Below, in pieces: positions 34,257 through 36,553 of a stretch of 36,553 nt of DNA. The stretch spans positions 21,711,586-21,748,138 of the forward strand of contig NC_069003.1 of the NCBI RefSeq assembly GCF_001194135.2, read 5' to 3'. The stretch is from Octopus bimaculoides. Taxonomy: Eukaryota. The position numbers and the translations under genes were made by a program. The notes beneath the pieces are model-generated. The model saw only the letters and a list, made by a program, of their open reading frames with translations, searched no databases and was not told the origin of the DNA. Positions within the stretch are counted from its first letter, which is position 1; each line of letters begins with the position of its first letter.

Positions 34257-34702
34257 ACCAAATTCTACCAAAGCGACTGCCTTCTACAAGATCTTGAGAG
34301 TATTTGAGAGCCTCTCCTTGGTAGTTTGACCTGCTAAACATAGCAGTTAAATCTCCCCTAAATCACATGATCATCTATGATCTTCATAAAACAAAAGGAA
34401 AAACATGTAAGATAACATAGGTGCTACTATCACTAAGACAAGATGGTCATGGCTGGAACGGTCTTGATTATAAGGTTTTTCTTGATCAGAGTTGATAATA
34501 CAGAGTTATATAACAACCCTATCTCTGACAACATCATCATTATCATCTTCACAATCAACACCACCATCAGCACCACCGTTAACCATTCTGTGTGACTACT
34601 GCTGTTATTCCTATCACTATCATCACCACAACCACCACCACCATCACCAATAGCAACTGCACCCAACATGCTATGCTATTCCCAAAGAGAAGATATTATG
34701 GT

Positions 34703-35417
34703 TTAACCTTTAGCATTTAAACTGGCCAAATCTGACTAAAATATTCTACATGTTTTACATTCAAACTGGCCATATCTAACCTCTCACACCTAACCTACAC
34801 TAACATTCTATTGCATCATCAAAACTCCAAAGCTAGAACAATTTGACAGAGTAATCTCAACATTAAAGGATTAATTCTTAAGCATTTAAACCAGCCCAAA
34901 TATTCAGTTTTATTTTCAAACCAGCCAGATTTGGCCTCTCACATTTATCCCACAATATCTTTCTAAAAATAAACAATCACAGTTTTGAAATCTCAAAGCT
35001 ATGAGATAATGCATCATCATCATCATCGTCGTCATCATTGTCATTTAATGTCTGTTGTCCATGCTGGCATGGGTTAGACGGTTTGACTGAGAACTGGCAA
35101 GCTGGGAAGCTGCACCAGGCTCCAATCTGATTTGGTAAGGTTTCTACGGCTGGATGCCTTTCCTAATACCAACCATTCTGAGAGTGTAGTGGGCGCTTTT
35201 ATGTGCCACTAGCATGAGAGCCAGTCAGGTGGGACTAGCATCAGCCATGCTTGAATGGTGTTTGTTATGTGCCACCAGCACAGGTGCCAGTCAGGCGGCA
35301 CTGGCGTCGGTCATGCTCAAATGGTGTCTCTTATGTACCACCAGCACGATTAATTGAAAAAAATATGGATAAATAAGCATTATATTTTACAGAATAACCT
35401 GATTGTTGAAGGGTTAA
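34703..35417. mobile_element. piggyBac-like MITE (TTAA ends) with internal duplication and a nested RTE-type repeat
   Basis: TTAA at 34703-34706 and 35414-35417; GATAATGCAT|GATTAATT is split by the 35012-35348 insert. Confidence 0.65.
35012..35348 (-). mobile_element. RTE-type 3' end with three modules of about 66 bp
   Basis: Reverse complement aligns to 17364-17700. Confidence 0.85.
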
Positions 35418-35938
35418 GGATGAACAACTTTTGATCGTAGGAGTGTCTGCTCTCTCAGGGCTGACCTGGGGCTAAACAACAACAACAACAACAACAGCAT
35501 CAGTACCATTACAATCACCAATCACAAATCAATGAGATGACAAGACTTCATCATTCTTGCTTGAGGCAGTGATGAGAAAATTGCTCTATAGATGTACAAA
35601 GTTGTTATTTGGGAAGCAAGAAAGATTAACAGCATATTTATAGAATAAGTTACTGAAACACTCTTATCTAGCTATATGCATTTTTCTATCTGTCAGGATC
35701 TATTTATCTATTTACCTATCTATTAATATCTGTAAATCTATCTATCTATTTTCTGCTCTATATCAGTCTTGCTGTCTGTCTATGAGTATCTGTCTATTTG
35801 TGTCTAAATTTGAGTTTATTTATCTCTCTTTCTTTTCCTCTCCCCTACACGCATACATAGTACACACACACGTACATACATGTGAATATATGTCTGTATG
35901 TACATGTATATATCTGTATGTGTATATATGTGTGGGTG

Positions 35939-35985
<47 letters not shown>

Positions 35986-36227
35986 AACACGGTTATGTCT
36001 TGTGTGTGAATTTTTCTTACATTCCCTTGTTGAGCTTCTGTTAATTTTTGAAATATATATACATACACACACACACCAATGCACAAATTCAAACATATAT
36101 GTATATATACATATATACACACATATAAATAAAGATAACTAGATAAGATAGATAATCAGACATTATAAAAAAAACACAAAACATAAATATTTCCCAGTTG
36201 ACAATTATTCCAAATTCATATTTACAC

Positions 36228-36281
<54 letters not shown>
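36228..36281. repeat. (TAA)n microsatellite
   Basis: Direct reading. Confidence 0.97.
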
Positions 36282-36282
<1 letters not shown>

Positions 36283-36304
36283 CACATCATCATCATCATC
36301 ATTC

Positions 36305-36553
36305 TGGTTTGGCTCAGGTTCAGTCTTATTCCTGGTAAAATTTATGTGGGTAGCAGTTTACTACCTGCAACCTAACGTATCCACAAGTTTACAACACTCC
36401 TGCAGCTCTACCGAGCATTCTATTCCAATCTCTATTATTATTATTATTGTTATTATTATTATTATTATTTTATGTTTGACTTTTGTTTTGCATTTGTACA
36501 AGTTGGATCCAAGTCTAACCTAGAGACCTCAAGAGACAACAAGTTAGAAGTTC
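36305..36553 (-). mobile_element. Two short 3'-terminal fragments resembling RLE-type LINE ends, separated by (TAA)n
   Basis: 36430-36305 begins EIGIECSVEL and contains a GGTAG..CTACC hairpin; 36553-36470 runs directly into (AAT)n on the minus strand. Confidence 0.45.

Overview
Eukaryotic, repeat-dominated, AT-rich (non-prokaryotic) DNA. From the SINE families and very high microsatellite density I infer an octopod cephalopod; this is pattern recognition, not a database result. There are 11 N-gaps (about 3.9 kb), most abutting microsatellites. No host protein-coding gene can be supported; there are only weak candidate exons. Almost all ORF-track entries are artefacts of N-runs, microsatellites or decayed transposons. 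Recognisable content: a degenerate RLE-type (R4/Dong-like) non-LTR retrotransposon (8535-11450, -), a near full-length decayed Naiad-like Penelope element (about 31300-33360, -), a Neptune-like Penelope GIY-YIG fragment whose only stops are three TGA codons (30155-30745, +), a maT/DD37D-like transposase remnant, a CR1/L2-like RT fragment, RTE-type 3' ends with (GAT)n tails, many tRNA-derived SINEs (my own labels A, B, D), mariner/hAT/piggyBac-like MITEs and four long fold-back inverted repeats. The most interesting signals are three hammerhead-ribozyme-like motifs on one strand within about 1.1 kb (18495-19579), two of them in a direct repeat; SINE-into-SINE insertion at the same site twice; a near-perfect 81-bp-arm palindrome; and a pervasive CpG-decay signature. 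Family names rest on manual motif reading and coordinates of decayed elements are approximate.
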